NCBI GenBank assembly: GCA_031414595.1
Contig: JANNVX010000088.1
Coordinates: 96,001 to 160,000, forward strand
Direction of reading: 5' to 3'
DNA from: Deinococcales bacterium
GTDB lineage: Bacteria > Deinococcota > Deinococci > Deinococcales > JAAFIG01
DNA length: 64,000 nucleotides
Below are positions 21,107-30,009 of this stretch, in pieces. The notes beneath the pieces are model-generated. The model had not been told where the DNA came from. It worked only from the letters and a program-made list of their open reading frames with translations, and did not search any database. The position numbers and the translations under genes are program-made. The stretch's first letter is position 1, and each line of letters opens with the position of its first letter.

Positions 21107-21673
21107 CTATTCTCCTCCTATGCCTTCGTAAATTTGTTCTAAAGTTAGTGTGGTGCTTGGGCATGGAATTTCTATGTTACCGTCTGTGTAATGCTCGTGT
21201 TGCCAAGTCCCATTCTCGAGCCTACGGTGCATTTCCACCAGTCTTTGGTCTTGATGCACAATCATGTAGGCTTTGAGGCTTTCAATGCGCTGGTAATTGG
21301 TTTTTTTCTCGGTTAAGTCAATTCGTTTGGTGCTTTCGGATAAAACTTCAACCACAAAACAAGGTTTGGTCTTGAAAAGTGCACCGTCATCGGTTTCATC
21401 ACAAATAACAATCACATCGGGATAATAAGAAACTTTTGGTGGTTCAACAATCATTACTTTCATATCGCTTTGCATGATTCGGCAGTGTTTTGTTTTCTTG
21501 GCTCGAGCCACAAGGGTTAATTCAAAGACGATATTCCCCACGATTAAATTATGGGTTTCGGTTGCTCCTGCCATGGCATACAATTGCCCATCCACATATT
21601 CATGCTTAATGAAAGCACGCTCTTCTTGCTCGAGGTACTGTTCTAAGCTGAGTGTGGATAGGGTCGTGTTCAT
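21107..21673 (-). CDS. Uma2-family PD-(D/E)XK endonuclease
   Basis: KHEYVDG..AMAG, YYPDV, VEVLSEST..D..K..Y. Confidence 0.92.
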   Translation of the reverse strand: MNTTLSTLSLEQYLEQEERAFIKHEYVDGQLYAMAGATETHNLIVGNIVFELTLVARAKKTKHCRIMQSDMKVMIVEPPKVSYYPDVIVICDETDDGALFKTKPCFVVEVLSESTKRIDLTEKKTNYQRIESLKAYMIVHQDQRLVEMHRRLENGTWQHEHYTDGNIEIPCPSTTLTLEQIYEGIGGE

Positions 21674-21688
21674 GCCTTTATGCTACTC

Positions 21689-23116
21689 CTAATTCCAGCC
21701 TTTACCGCGTCCGCGTACCTGTTCTTGCTCTGGAGCGCTGTATCCCATTTCTTCGCTTCTCGAGACTTTCTTCTTGCCGTATAAGCCCTCGAGAATAAAT
21801 TCGGCGGCGGCAATCGTGTGGGCATCGGACGCGCCCTCTGCCAGTTCCCTTGCCAATTTAATCAGGCTTGGCACTTTCTCGAGTTCTTTGATTGCACTGT
21901 TCGAACTTCCAAGTTGTGGGATGTTGAGTGTATTGCCCTCTTCAAACCACTTTTCTAAGCCTTCGGTGTTGTTGCGTGGCATTCTGCGGCTATAGACTGC
22001 GCCGGCGGCTTTACGAATAATATCTTTGGCGATGTTGTCCGCGCCTTTCATTTCGCCTTCGTACTCGAGTTCGAGTTTACCTGTAATGGCGGGCAAGCCA
22101 GCGTAAATGTCCACTGGTCGGGCAACGACTTCTTCGCCGCTCACAATGGCACGGCGTTCGGCATTACTTGCTACCAACTCGAGCAGACTAATCGGTAAGC
22201 GCTGCGAGACACCACTTTGTTTGTCCACACGGTTGTCATCTCGGGCTTGAAAGGCAATTTCTTCGGCAAGTTCTGCCATATAGCTTGGAATGGCAGCCCG
22301 CATTGTGCCGCCATCGGTCAGCCATGCTTCTTGTTGGGTGATTTCCATGCCAAGGTGAACATGATTTGGGTAGTGGGTGCGAATTTCTGAGCCGATGCGG
22401 TCTTTGAGTGGCGTGACAATTTTACCGCGTGCCGTATAGTCTTCTGGGTTGGCACTAAAAACCAACATCACATCTAGCTCGAGCCGAATTGGGTAGCCTT
22501 TAATTTGCACATCGCCTTCCTGCATGATGTTAAATAAGCCCACTTGAACTTTTGGCGACAGGTCGGCAAGTTCGTTGACTGCAAAAATCCCTCGGTTGGC
22601 TCGAGGCAGTAAGCCGTAATGAATGGTCAGTTCATCGCCCATTGTTTTGCCAAGTCGGGCTGCTTTAATTGGGTCTACATCGCCAATCATATCGGCAACC
22701 GTCACATCTGGGGTAGCAAGTTTTTCGACATAGCGCTGTTCCCTTGGCATCCAAGCTATCGGGGTTTCGTCGCCAAGTTCAAGTAAAATTTTATGGGCTT
22801 CGCTCGAGATGGGGTTCATTGGGTCGTCGTGCAGTTCTGAACCAAGAATGTAGGGGATTTCTGGGTCAAGTAAGTTGGTAATAGCGCGTAAAATACGGCT
22901 TTTGGCTTGTCCACGCAAACCAAGCAGAATAAAGTTTTGCTGCGCCAAAAGTGCATTGACCACTTGTGGTACAACGGTATCTTCGTAGCCCATGACACCA
23001 TGAAAAATCGTTTCTTTAGCACGGAGTTTTTTGATTAAATTCTCACGCACTTCTTGTTGGACGCTGCGAGGACGGTAGCCACTGGCTTTAAGTTCTTTTA
23101 GGGTAAGTGCTTTCAC
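21689..23116 (-). CDS. Mg-chelatase ChlI/MoxR-like AAA+ ATPase
   Basis: GLRGQAKS Walker A variant, [19 protein letters not shown]. Confidence 0.85.
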   Translation of the reverse strand: MKALTLKELKASGYRPRSVQQEVRENLIKKLRAKETIFHGVMGYEDTVVPQVVNALLAQQNFILLGLRGQAKSRILRAITNLLDPEIPYILGSELHDDPMNPISSEAHKILLELGDETPIAWMPREQRYVEKLATPDVTVADMIGDVDPIKAARLGKTMGDELTIHYGLLPRANRGIFAVNELADLSPKVQVGLFNIMQEGDVQIKGYPIRLELDVMLVFSANPEDYTARGKIVTPLKDRIGSEIRTHYPNHVHLGMEITQQEAWLTDGGTMRAAIPSYMAELAEEIAFQARDDNRVDKQSGVSQRLPISLLELVASNAERRAIVSGEEVVARPVDIYAGLPAITGKLELEYEGEMKGADNIAKDIIRKAAGAVYSRRMPRNNTEGLEKWFEEGNTLNIPQLGSSNSAIKELEKVPSLIKLARELAEGASDAHTIAAAEFILEGLYGKKKVSRSEEMGYSAPEQEQVRGRGKGWN

Positions 23117-23261
23117 GCCTTCATTCTACGCCTTGAGGTCTTTCTAAGATTGTGCCTTACGCAACTTCAAACCGCCAAAAAGAAGTACGGCTTACGGTGT
23201 TCTTGACAAGACAAACAGCGCTTGACGAAACTTTTTTTGAAATGCGGGTTACACTGTTCTC

Positions 23262-23882
23262 ATGGTGCGAATTCTCTTAATCGAGGACAACCCAGACCAA
23301 GCCTTCGTCGCCAGTCGTTTTCTCGAGCGGGCTGGTTTTTCGGTGGCGCACCAAAGTACCGCCGCTACTGGACTGATGAGCGCCAAAACAGGCGGTTTTG
23401 ATTTAATCATGCTCGATTACGGCTTGCCCGATTCAGATGGTTTAAGTGCCTTAGAAGCCCTTATGCCTTTGGGAATCCCAATCGTTTTGGTGACAGGGCG
23501 CAGCGAAGCACAACTGGCGGTTAAAGCCCTCCAAGCAGGCGCAGCCAATTATATTGTCAAAGACAGCCATTACTTGGGTAAACTGCCCGAGATAGCCAAA
23601 GATACCTTGGCGCGGGTTGCGGCTAAACCTGTGGTCTTTGAATCCAAACGCCACATCAGCCAAGAAGAGAGTTTAGAGCGTTTCAGGCAATCGGTGCGCC
23701 AAGCCCTTAGCCCAATGGTGCAACATTTTAAGGAACGAATCTTAGAAACCACCTTCGCCGATGCTGTCACCGAACTCGAGAACACCTTAGAAAGCGCTGA
23801 AGGTGTCCTAGATGAAGAACTCGAGGCGCTAGACCAACTTTTATACGAAGAACTATCTCGAGCATTGCAACCACAAGCCTAA
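23262..23882 (+). CDS. response regulator receiver-domain protein
   Basis: ILLIEDN, LDYGLPD, YIVK; TACACT-N6-ATG. Confidence 0.88.
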   Translation: MVRILLIEDNPDQAFVASRFLERAGFSVAHQSTAATGLMSAKTGGFDLIMLDYGLPDSDGLSALEALMPLGIPIVLVTGRSEAQLAVKALQAGAANYIVKDSHYLGKLPEIAKDTLARVAAKPVVFESKRHISQEESLERFRQSVRQALSPMVQHFKERILETTFADAVTELENTLESAEGVLDEELEALDQLLYEELSRALQPQA

Positions 23883-23948
23883 GAGCAGAGAAAAGAGGAA
23901 GGAGGAATAGGTCAATCGTCTTCCTCTTTTCTCCTTCCTCCTTCCTCT
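23881..23948. repeat. inverted heptamer tandem repeat, same family as 9184
   Basis: AAGAGCA GAGAAAA GAGGAAG GAGGAAT ... TTCCTCT TTTCTCC TTCCTCC TTCCTCT. Confidence 0.75.
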
Positions 23949-24397
23949 CTTAAAGCCCTCTGAATCGTCCCATACGCAAAACCACGGCGCATTAAAAATG
24001 CTATCGCTTTGGCTTCGGCGCGTTCGCCCATAAAACGATTTTGGTACTTCTCGAGCAATGCAAGGGCGACGGTAAAGTCGGTATCGGTATCCCTTGTAGT
24101 CAGGACATCTTCAATCACGTGTTTATGAATGCCCCGTTTACTGAGTTTGCGTTGTACCCCAAATTTACCAAGGGCAGCGTCTTCGTTGGTTCGTTTGGCA
24201 ATGGCGGTGTCGTTCAAAAAACCAAGTTCACGTAAACGAGCAATGATATTCGTAATGATTTCGCTGCTGGTTTTACGCAGTTTTAATTTTTTCTCGAGTT
24301 CATATTCAGTCAATGCCCGAGCCGATAACGCTCGGATGGCGTATTGCAAAGCATCTTGGGCAGACATCGGTTTAGGGTCAAATTTCTTGCCGTACAT
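23912..24397 (-). CDS. recX: regulatory protein RecX
   Basis: AIRALSAR..TEYEL..KL, GFLND, FLMRRGF. Confidence 0.88.
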   Translation of the reverse strand: MYGKKFDPKPMSAQDALQYAIRALSARALTEYELEKKLKLRKTSSEIITNIIARLRELGFLNDTAIAKRTNEDAALGKFGVQRKLSKRGIHKHVIEDVLTTRDTDTDFTVALALLEKYQNRFMGERAEAKAIAFLMRRGFAYGTIQRALREEGGRRKEEDD

Positions 24398-24400
24398 AAT

Positions 24401-25570
24401 TTAATTGGCGTTTAAGAAACTGAGGATGCCCTTGGCAATTCCCGAGGCTAATTTTTGTTGATACCAAGTTGTGCCCAAGTTCTTGCCCTCGACTGGGTGT
24501 GTGCCAAAGCCCGTTTCGATTAAAATACTTGGAATTCTTGGCTTTTTAATCACCCAAAACTCGGCTTGCTTGACCCCTTGATTGTACGCGCCCGTCGCAC
24601 TGATGATGTTATTTTGCACCAAACTGGCAAGCCGATTTGAGAACCTGACATTGAGTTGTGCCAATTGGTCGTTCAGTAAATCCTGAGCGGCGTTTCTGGC
24701 GGCTCGAGTTAAGGCTTTACCAGTGCTACCACCACCGTTTTCGCGTTCGGCTTGGGCGAGGGTTTCGGCATCGGGCGATTGTCCAAAAAGGTAAGTGGAT
24801 ATGCCCTGCGCCCGAGCATCAGCGCTATTGACATGAATACTGACAAAGGCATTGCGGTTACTGCTGCCCATGTTTGCCCTTGCATCTAAATCACAGCGTT
24901 TATCACAACCATTGCTGCCTTGCCAAGCATAATCGCCAGTGCGGGTCATGATGACGTTGACACCATTACTCTCGAGAATCGCCCGTACTTTTAAGCCAAG
25001 ACTAAGCGTCACTTTTTCTTCGGTCACATAACCGACCATTCCGGGGTCTATGCCGCCGTGACCGGGGTCTAGCACCACAGTTAATTTTGGTTTGACTGGC
25101 GTTTTGGGTTTACTGACCAAAGGTTTTGTTGGTGCGCTGGTTGCTGCCACCACGCCTAACTGCTTACCAAGGTCTATAACAATGCGGTTTGGCTGGTCGC
25201 CAGTTGGGTCTAGGGTAAAGGCTTTCCAGCCCTTACTTTTACTTAAATCAAAAGTGGTGCGTAAAGTTAAAATCACACTTTGGTTGAGGGTTTTTAATTC
25301 CCAAAATGCCAATTCTGGTGTGTCAGAACTGCCATTGCCATTGACTGCCTTGGCGGGAGTAATCGTCATTTGAAAGGTTTTACCGTTAGTCGTCACACTA
25401 AATTTTGGTTTGGTCGGGGCATCCAAGACCACTCGAGTAAAACTACCTTGTTCATGGGCGGCAATGCGTGGTGTTCCTACGCCATTAAGCTGCGCTAAGC
25501 CAATCGAAAGCCCCAAAAATAAGAGCATCGTTGCTACGCCAAAAGCGCCAAGAAACCGAGAAGTTTGCAC
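24401..25570 (-). CDS. N-acetylmuramoyl-L-alanine amidase (AMIN + Amidase_3)
   Basis: LDPGHGGIDPG, SIHVNS, ILIETGF; start uncertain (GTG at 25570 chosen). Confidence 0.9.
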   Translation of the reverse strand: MQTSRFLGAFGVATMLLFLGLSIGLAQLNGVGTPRIAAHEQGSFTRVVLDAPTKPKFSVTTNGKTFQMTITPAKAVNGNGSSDTPELAFWELKTLNQSVILTLRTTFDLSKSKGWKAFTLDPTGDQPNRIVIDLGKQLGVVAATSAPTKPLVSKPKTPVKPKLTVVLDPGHGGIDPGMVGYVTEEKVTLSLGLKVRAILESNGVNVIMTRTGDYAWQGSNGCDKRCDLDARANMGSSNRNAFVSIHVNSADARAQGISTYLFGQSPDAETLAQAERENGGGSTGKALTRAARNAAQDLLNDQLAQLNVRFSNRLASLVQNNIISATGAYNQGVKQAEFWVIKKPRIPSILIETGFGTHPVEGKNLGTTWYQQKLASGIAKGILSFLNAN

Positions 25571-25656
25571 GTTCCTATTATTCCAAGAAAAACCGATTCT
25601 GTACAGGGGTTTAAGCACCAATACCACTATATTTGGTAGCTGCACCCAACCAGACC

Positions 25657-26559
25657 TCAAGTGAGCGTATGATGAACCAAATATTCTCGAGCTTTTTGTT
25701 TATCCACCTCGAGTTGGGCAATCAAAGCGGGTAAACCACTAAATTTTTGTTCGCTGCGAATAAAACCTTCAAAGTAAACACTGACTTCAAAACCATAAAT
25801 ATCTTGGGCGAAATCAAAAATATGGACTTCAAAACTCTCGGTCATGCCGCCAATGGTTGGGCGTGTGCCAATGTTAGCAATCGCGGGGTGCAAAACACCG
25901 TCTGGAGTCTCGAGCCGAACAGCATAAACCCCTTTTGGTAAGAGTTTTCCTTCTGGTACAGCAATGTTAGCCGTTGGTGTGCCAATCGTGCGCCCAAGTT
26001 GCTGACCCAAAACCACCACGCCCGAGGCATGGTACGAACGCCCAAGCATCGCATTGGCTGCCGTTACTTCGGTGTTCTCGAGCGCAGCGCGAATGCTTGA
26101 GGCATGAACTTCTGAACCGTTGAGGGTTTGCATCTCGAGCGTGTGAACAGTTGCTAGGGTCTCGAGGTCTGGAATACCACCGCTTCGGGCATTGCCAAAG
26201 CGAAAATCCCTACCGACCACAATCTCTTTTGGATTTAGAACGCGAATATCTTCTAAAAAAGCATTTGGCATTCGGCTCGAGAATTCTTTGGTAAACGGCA
26301 CGGCAATCACTTCAGAGACTCCAAGACTTTGCAGAATCTCGAGTTTTTCGGCTAAAGAATATAAGAATTTACTGCCCTGCAAAAGCACCCGAGTTGGTTG
26401 GTCAAAAGTAAAGACCACACTTGGTAGATGGTTCTCAAAAGCCAAGATTTTGAGTTTCTCGAGCAATGCCAAATGCCCAAGGTGCAAGCCATCGAAAGAG
26501 CCAATGGCAACCACGCTTTGGGTTTTGGGACGGTCAAACGGGGATTGGTAAACACGCAT
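25657..26559 (-). CDS. ribF: riboflavin kinase / FAD synthetase
   Basis: GSFDGLHLGH, GRTIGTPTAN, NIGTRPT. Confidence 0.95.
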   Translation of the reverse strand: MRVYQSPFDRPKTQSVVAIGSFDGLHLGHLALLEKLKILAFENHLPSVVFTFDQPTRVLLQGSKFLYSLAEKLEILQSLGVSEVIAVPFTKEFSSRMPNAFLEDIRVLNPKEIVVGRDFRFGNARSGGIPDLETLATVHTLEMQTLNGSEVHASSIRAALENTEVTAANAMLGRSYHASGVVVLGQQLGRTIGTPTANIAVPEGKLLPKGVYAVRLETPDGVLHPAIANIGTRPTIGGMTESFEVHIFDFAQDIYGFEVSVYFEGFIRSEQKFSGLPALIAQLEVDKQKAREYLVHHTLT

Positions 26560-26623
26560 GGGGCAAATCATAACGCAGATTCTTATGTGCCGTAAAATCG
26601 AGTTTTTGTGTATACTGTGTCTG

Positions 26624-26989
26624 GTGATGCCAATGATTGAAGTGAGTGTTTATACCCCAGAAGAAGTGGCTAAAACTTTACGCATCAGTGAAGAAACGGT
26701 GCGTCGAGAAATCAGAGCCAATCATCTTGGCGCACAGCGAATTGGTAAACAGTACCGAATCGCCCCGAGTGACTTGGTGGCGTACTTAGGCGAAGCTCGT
26801 TTTATTGAATGGTTTGCGTGGCGCAGCGAATTTCGCGCTTTCATTGGTCTGGGTGGACTCCCCGAAGTTCAAGCCTTGCAAATTGCGAAACAAGCCGTAA
26901 AAGAAGTACGTGCCGAAGCACCAACGCCAAGTGCTGGCTTGCCACAACCAAGTATTGAAGAAATTCGCAAAAAATTAAGGAAAAAGTGA
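26624..26989 (+). CDS. excisionase-like HTH_17 protein, putative antitoxin
   Basis: YTPEEVAKTLRISEETVRR..GKQYRI; TATACT-N7-GTG. Confidence 0.78.
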   Translation: MMPMIEVSVYTPEEVAKTLRISEETVRREIRANHLGAQRIGKQYRIAPSDLVAYLGEARFIEWFAWRSEFRAFIGLGGLPEVQALQIAKQAVKEVRAEAPTPSAGLPQPSIEEIRKKLRKK

Positions 26990-27414
26990 ACCAAGCGCCA
27001 TTATGTGTGATTGACACAATGATTGTTGTTTCGGGAATGATTGGCAAACCAAATGGAAGCGACGCAAAGATTTTATCATTGATTGAAACAGGGCAACTTC
27101 GCTTGGTTTTATCTGATGCGGGTTTGCTCGAGTTTGTAAACGTGGTGTCACGGGATTTTGTAAAGCAGCACTTTCCATTACCCACTCGAGTTTTTCGGGC
27201 AGGATTGACATTAGGGATGATGGGAATGTTATACCGACCCAAGCGATTTGATTGGACAAGTTTATCTGACCCCAAAGACTGGTGGTTACTTGATTTGGCA
27301 TTTTCAGCCGAAGCAGATTATATTGTCACTCGAGATAAAAAAGTGCTGGTGGCGGCAAATTCATTGGGGTTTACGGCTGTGACCCCACCTCAGTTGTTAA
27401 AACTCTTAAAGTGA
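26986..27414 (+). CDS. PIN-domain toxin
   Basis: VIDT, DPKD, ADYIVTRDK. Confidence 0.85.
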   Translation: MNQAPLCVIDTMIVVSGMIGKPNGSDAKILSLIETGQLRLVLSDAGLLEFVNVVSRDFVKQHFPLPTRVFRAGLTLGMMGMLYRPKRFDWTSLSDPKDWWLLDLAFSAEADYIVTRDKKVLVAANSLGFTAVTPPQLLKLLK

Positions 27415-28850
27415 TTGACATTTAATTTTTCTAAGTGAGGCTTGAGGCGCTTAAGAAAATCCTGATAATCTCTTTTCATCGGTTGTGTCCAAAGCACTTC
27501 GGAGAGCGCACAAAGCCTAGGAAATGCCATTCGTTCAACATGGGCTGATTTTGGCATGTATTCCGTCCAGAGTTGGGCTTGACTGCCGAGTACACGCTGT
27601 CCCTCGAGTGCTGAAAGTTCTTTTGGAATCGGCTCATAACCATACACCTTCTCGAGCGTGGTGCAACCGCCAATTGCCAAAGGCTCGAGGTCTGGGGTCT
27701 CGGTCTGGTAATGGTCAAAATAAACATGAGTTCCGGGGGTCATGACCACATCATGACCAGCCTTCGCCGCAATAATCCCACCTTCTTCGCCACGCCAAGA
27801 CATCACGGTAGCGCCATCTACCAAGCCGCCCTCGAGAATTTCGTCCCAACCAATCATTTTGCGCCCTCGAGATTTTAAGAAGGTATTGATTCGCCCGACA
27901 AAGTAACTTTGCAGCGCTTCTTCATCCTCTAGATGGTTGGCTTTCATGATGCTTTGTGCGACAGCGCTTTCTTTCCATTCTTTTTTCGGGCATTCATCGC
28001 CGCCAATGTGAATGTATGGGCTGGGGAAAATCTCGAGAACTTCGGACAGCACATCCTCAAGAAAAGAAAACGTATATTCTTCTGGACTAAAAACACTCTC
28101 AAACACACCCCAATTTGGAGTCACTTCGGGTGCAATTTTGGTGTTGCCAAATTCTGGGTAAGCTGCCAAAGCTGCTGTGGCATGACCAGGCATTTCGATT
28201 TCTGGAACAATCGTGATGTGGCGGTCATTCGCATACGCCACAAGCTCACGCATCTGGGCTTGGCTGTAAAAACCGCCGTGCGAAATCCCATCAAAACTTT
28301 TGTCATCCGATAACTCATGTCCAATGCGGGTCTGTTTACGCCATGCACCAATTTCGGTTAAACGCGGATATTTTTGAATCTCGAGCCGCCAGCCTTGGTC
28401 GTCGGTCAGGTGCAAATGCAAGATATTCATTTTGTGAACGGCGAGTAAATCCAAATATTTTTTAAGCCACTCAAATGGCATAAAATGCCTCGAGACATCC
28501 AAATGCGAACCGCGCCAAGCAAAACGCGGCGCATCTTCAATCAGGGCGCAACTCGAGCCGCACTGCAAAAGCGTAATACAGCCATAAAAAAGCCCAGCCA
28601 AACCACTGGCAGAAATTCGTACCCGATTTGGGCGAATCTCGAGAATATAGGCTTCGGGGTTTTTCAAGTCTGCACTTAACTCGAGGTGAATACCGTTTGG
28701 TGCTGCCTCTGAGATTTGTACAGGTAAGCTCAACTTTTTACCCAACTTCTCAGCCTCTAAAATCGCTTCTGCGCTGCAAGTGATAACTTTGATGGTCTCG
28801 AGGTGAAATTCGCCTTCTTGTGGTACAACCCGATTTGGAATTGGAAGCAT
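27390..28850 (-). CDS. GH20 beta-N-acetylhexosaminidase
   Basis: LDVSRHF, HLTDDQGWR, PEIEMPGH, HIGGDE. Confidence 0.94.
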   Translation of the reverse strand: MLPIPNRVVPQEGEFHLETIKVITCSAEAILEAEKLGKKLSLPVQISEAAPNGIHLELSADLKNPEAYILEIRPNRVRISASGLAGLFYGCITLLQCGSSCALIEDAPRFAWRGSHLDVSRHFMPFEWLKKYLDLLAVHKMNILHLHLTDDQGWRLEIQKYPRLTEIGAWRKQTRIGHELSDDKSFDGISHGGFYSQAQMRELVAYANDRHITIVPEIEMPGHATAALAAYPEFGNTKIAPEVTPNWGVFESVFSPEEYTFSFLEDVLSEVLEIFPSPYIHIGGDECPKKEWKESAVAQSIMKANHLEDEEALQSYFVGRINTFLKSRGRKMIGWDEILEGGLVDGATVMSWRGEEGGIIAAKAGHDVVMTPGTHVYFDHYQTETPDLEPLAIGGCTTLEKVYGYEPIPKELSALEGQRVLGSQAQLWTEYMPKSAHVERMAFPRLCALSEVLWTQPMKRDYQDFLKRLKPHLEKLNVNHFKSFNN

Positions 28851-28866
28851 GGGCTTAGAATACCGC
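28851..28866. promoter_or_regulatory. overlapping back-to-back -10 boxes (TAGAAT plus / TATTCT minus)
   Basis: 16-bp gap between two divergent ATGs, each 5-6 nt from its -10. Confidence 0.6.
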
Positions 28867-29955
28867 ATGAATCAAGAGATGCAACTTGGACTCGAGGCTT
28901 GGAAACTTGAGCAGGATTTGCAGGCGGTCGAGTATTTCAGACGCAGCGTCGACCTTTTGCCAGCGCATTCGCTCGAGTGGGCGATTTCAATGCGCCTGTA
29001 TGGTTTAGCCCTGATTCGAGTCCAGCGCGAAGTCGAAGGGACGTTTGTGCTTGAACGCTCCGACCCGATTCTCGAGCAGTTTGGTATCGCACATTTCGAT
29101 GAACATAACCTGCCAAGCAGTAATCTTTGGGCTATGCAACCAAGTTTACTGGCGGTTTTTGCACATCCAGACGATGAAGCCTTCTCGAGCGGCGGAATTT
29201 TAAGCCATTATGCCAAACTTGGTGTACGGGTAGAACTTCTTTGTGCCACACGCGGCGAAGCTGGAAAAATCACCGACCCAAATTTAAGTATTTCCGACCT
29301 CGGCAAACACCGTGAACTCGAGTTGCGAAAGGCTTGCAGCATCATGGGCATTTCAGAACCGCGATTTATGGATTACCACGATTCGGGCAGGCTCGAGCGG
29401 CTGCAAAAAGACGACCCACTTGCCACCATCAACATTGATTACCTCGAGATGGAGCAGAAAATTATTGAGGTGATAAAAGAAACCAAGCCCCAAGTGATGC
29501 TGACCTTCGACCCGCACGGTGGCTACAATCACCCAGACCACCTCAGTGTTTACCGCGCTGCCAGTGCTGCGTTTTTCTCGAGCGGGTACTTGGCAGATGC
29601 ACCACAACGCTTATTTTTTACGGCTTTTCCACTCGAGACGATGCGCGAATGGATTAAGCAACCCAGTGGACCCATGACCCCCGGAATGACCCCAGAAGTT
29701 TTTGGGGTAAGTGCCGATACGATTGCCGTGAAATTTGATGGAAGTGCTTACACCGAGCAAAAACTGGCGGCGCTGGATGCCCACGGCTCTCAGACAGGGC
29801 AAAACTCGAGAATGGGGCAACTGCCGCCAGCGCAGAAAGCCACCATGCTCGAGCGAATCAAGACCGAAACTTTTGCGCTTGGTGGGACTCGAGGGGCAAT
29901 ACAGAATTACCCCTTAAAAGGCTTTTTTGATGGGTTGGGGCTTGGGGTAGATTGA
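28867..29955 (+). CDS. PIG-L family deacetylase (MshB/BshB-like) with helical N-terminal extension
   Basis: AHPDDE, TRGEAG, GGYNHPDH. Confidence 0.88.
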   Translation: MNQEMQLGLEAWKLEQDLQAVEYFRRSVDLLPAHSLEWAISMRLYGLALIRVQREVEGTFVLERSDPILEQFGIAHFDEHNLPSSNLWAMQPSLLAVFAHPDDEAFSSGGILSHYAKLGVRVELLCATRGEAGKITDPNLSISDLGKHRELELRKACSIMGISEPRFMDYHDSGRLERLQKDDPLATINIDYLEMEQKIIEVIKETKPQVMLTFDPHGGYNHPDHLSVYRAASAAFFSSGYLADAPQRLFFTAFPLETMREWIKQPSGPMTPGMTPEVFGVSADTIAVKFDGSAYTEQKLAALDAHGSQTGQNSRMGQLPPAQKATMLERIKTETFALGGTRGAIQNYPLKGFFDGLGLGVD

Positions 29956-29963
29956 AAATGAAA

Positions 29964-29986
29964 ATGCCCCCAATAGCTGGGGGTAT
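29964..29986. terminator. hairpin between convergent genes
   Basis: ATGCCCCCA-atagc-TGGGGGTAT. Confidence 0.5.
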
Positions 29987-30009
29987 CAGGTTGGACACAA
30001 ATAGGTATT

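Noticed and set aside
19584-21673. Integron cassette array explanation for the TA triplet
   Set aside because: Spacers are only 18-25 bp with no attC-like GTTRRRY/RYYYAAC palindromes, and there is no integrase in the window.
26624-26989. Prophage excisionase
   Set aside because: Coupled to a PIN gene with no phage or integrase genes nearby; a TA antitoxin is the simpler reading.
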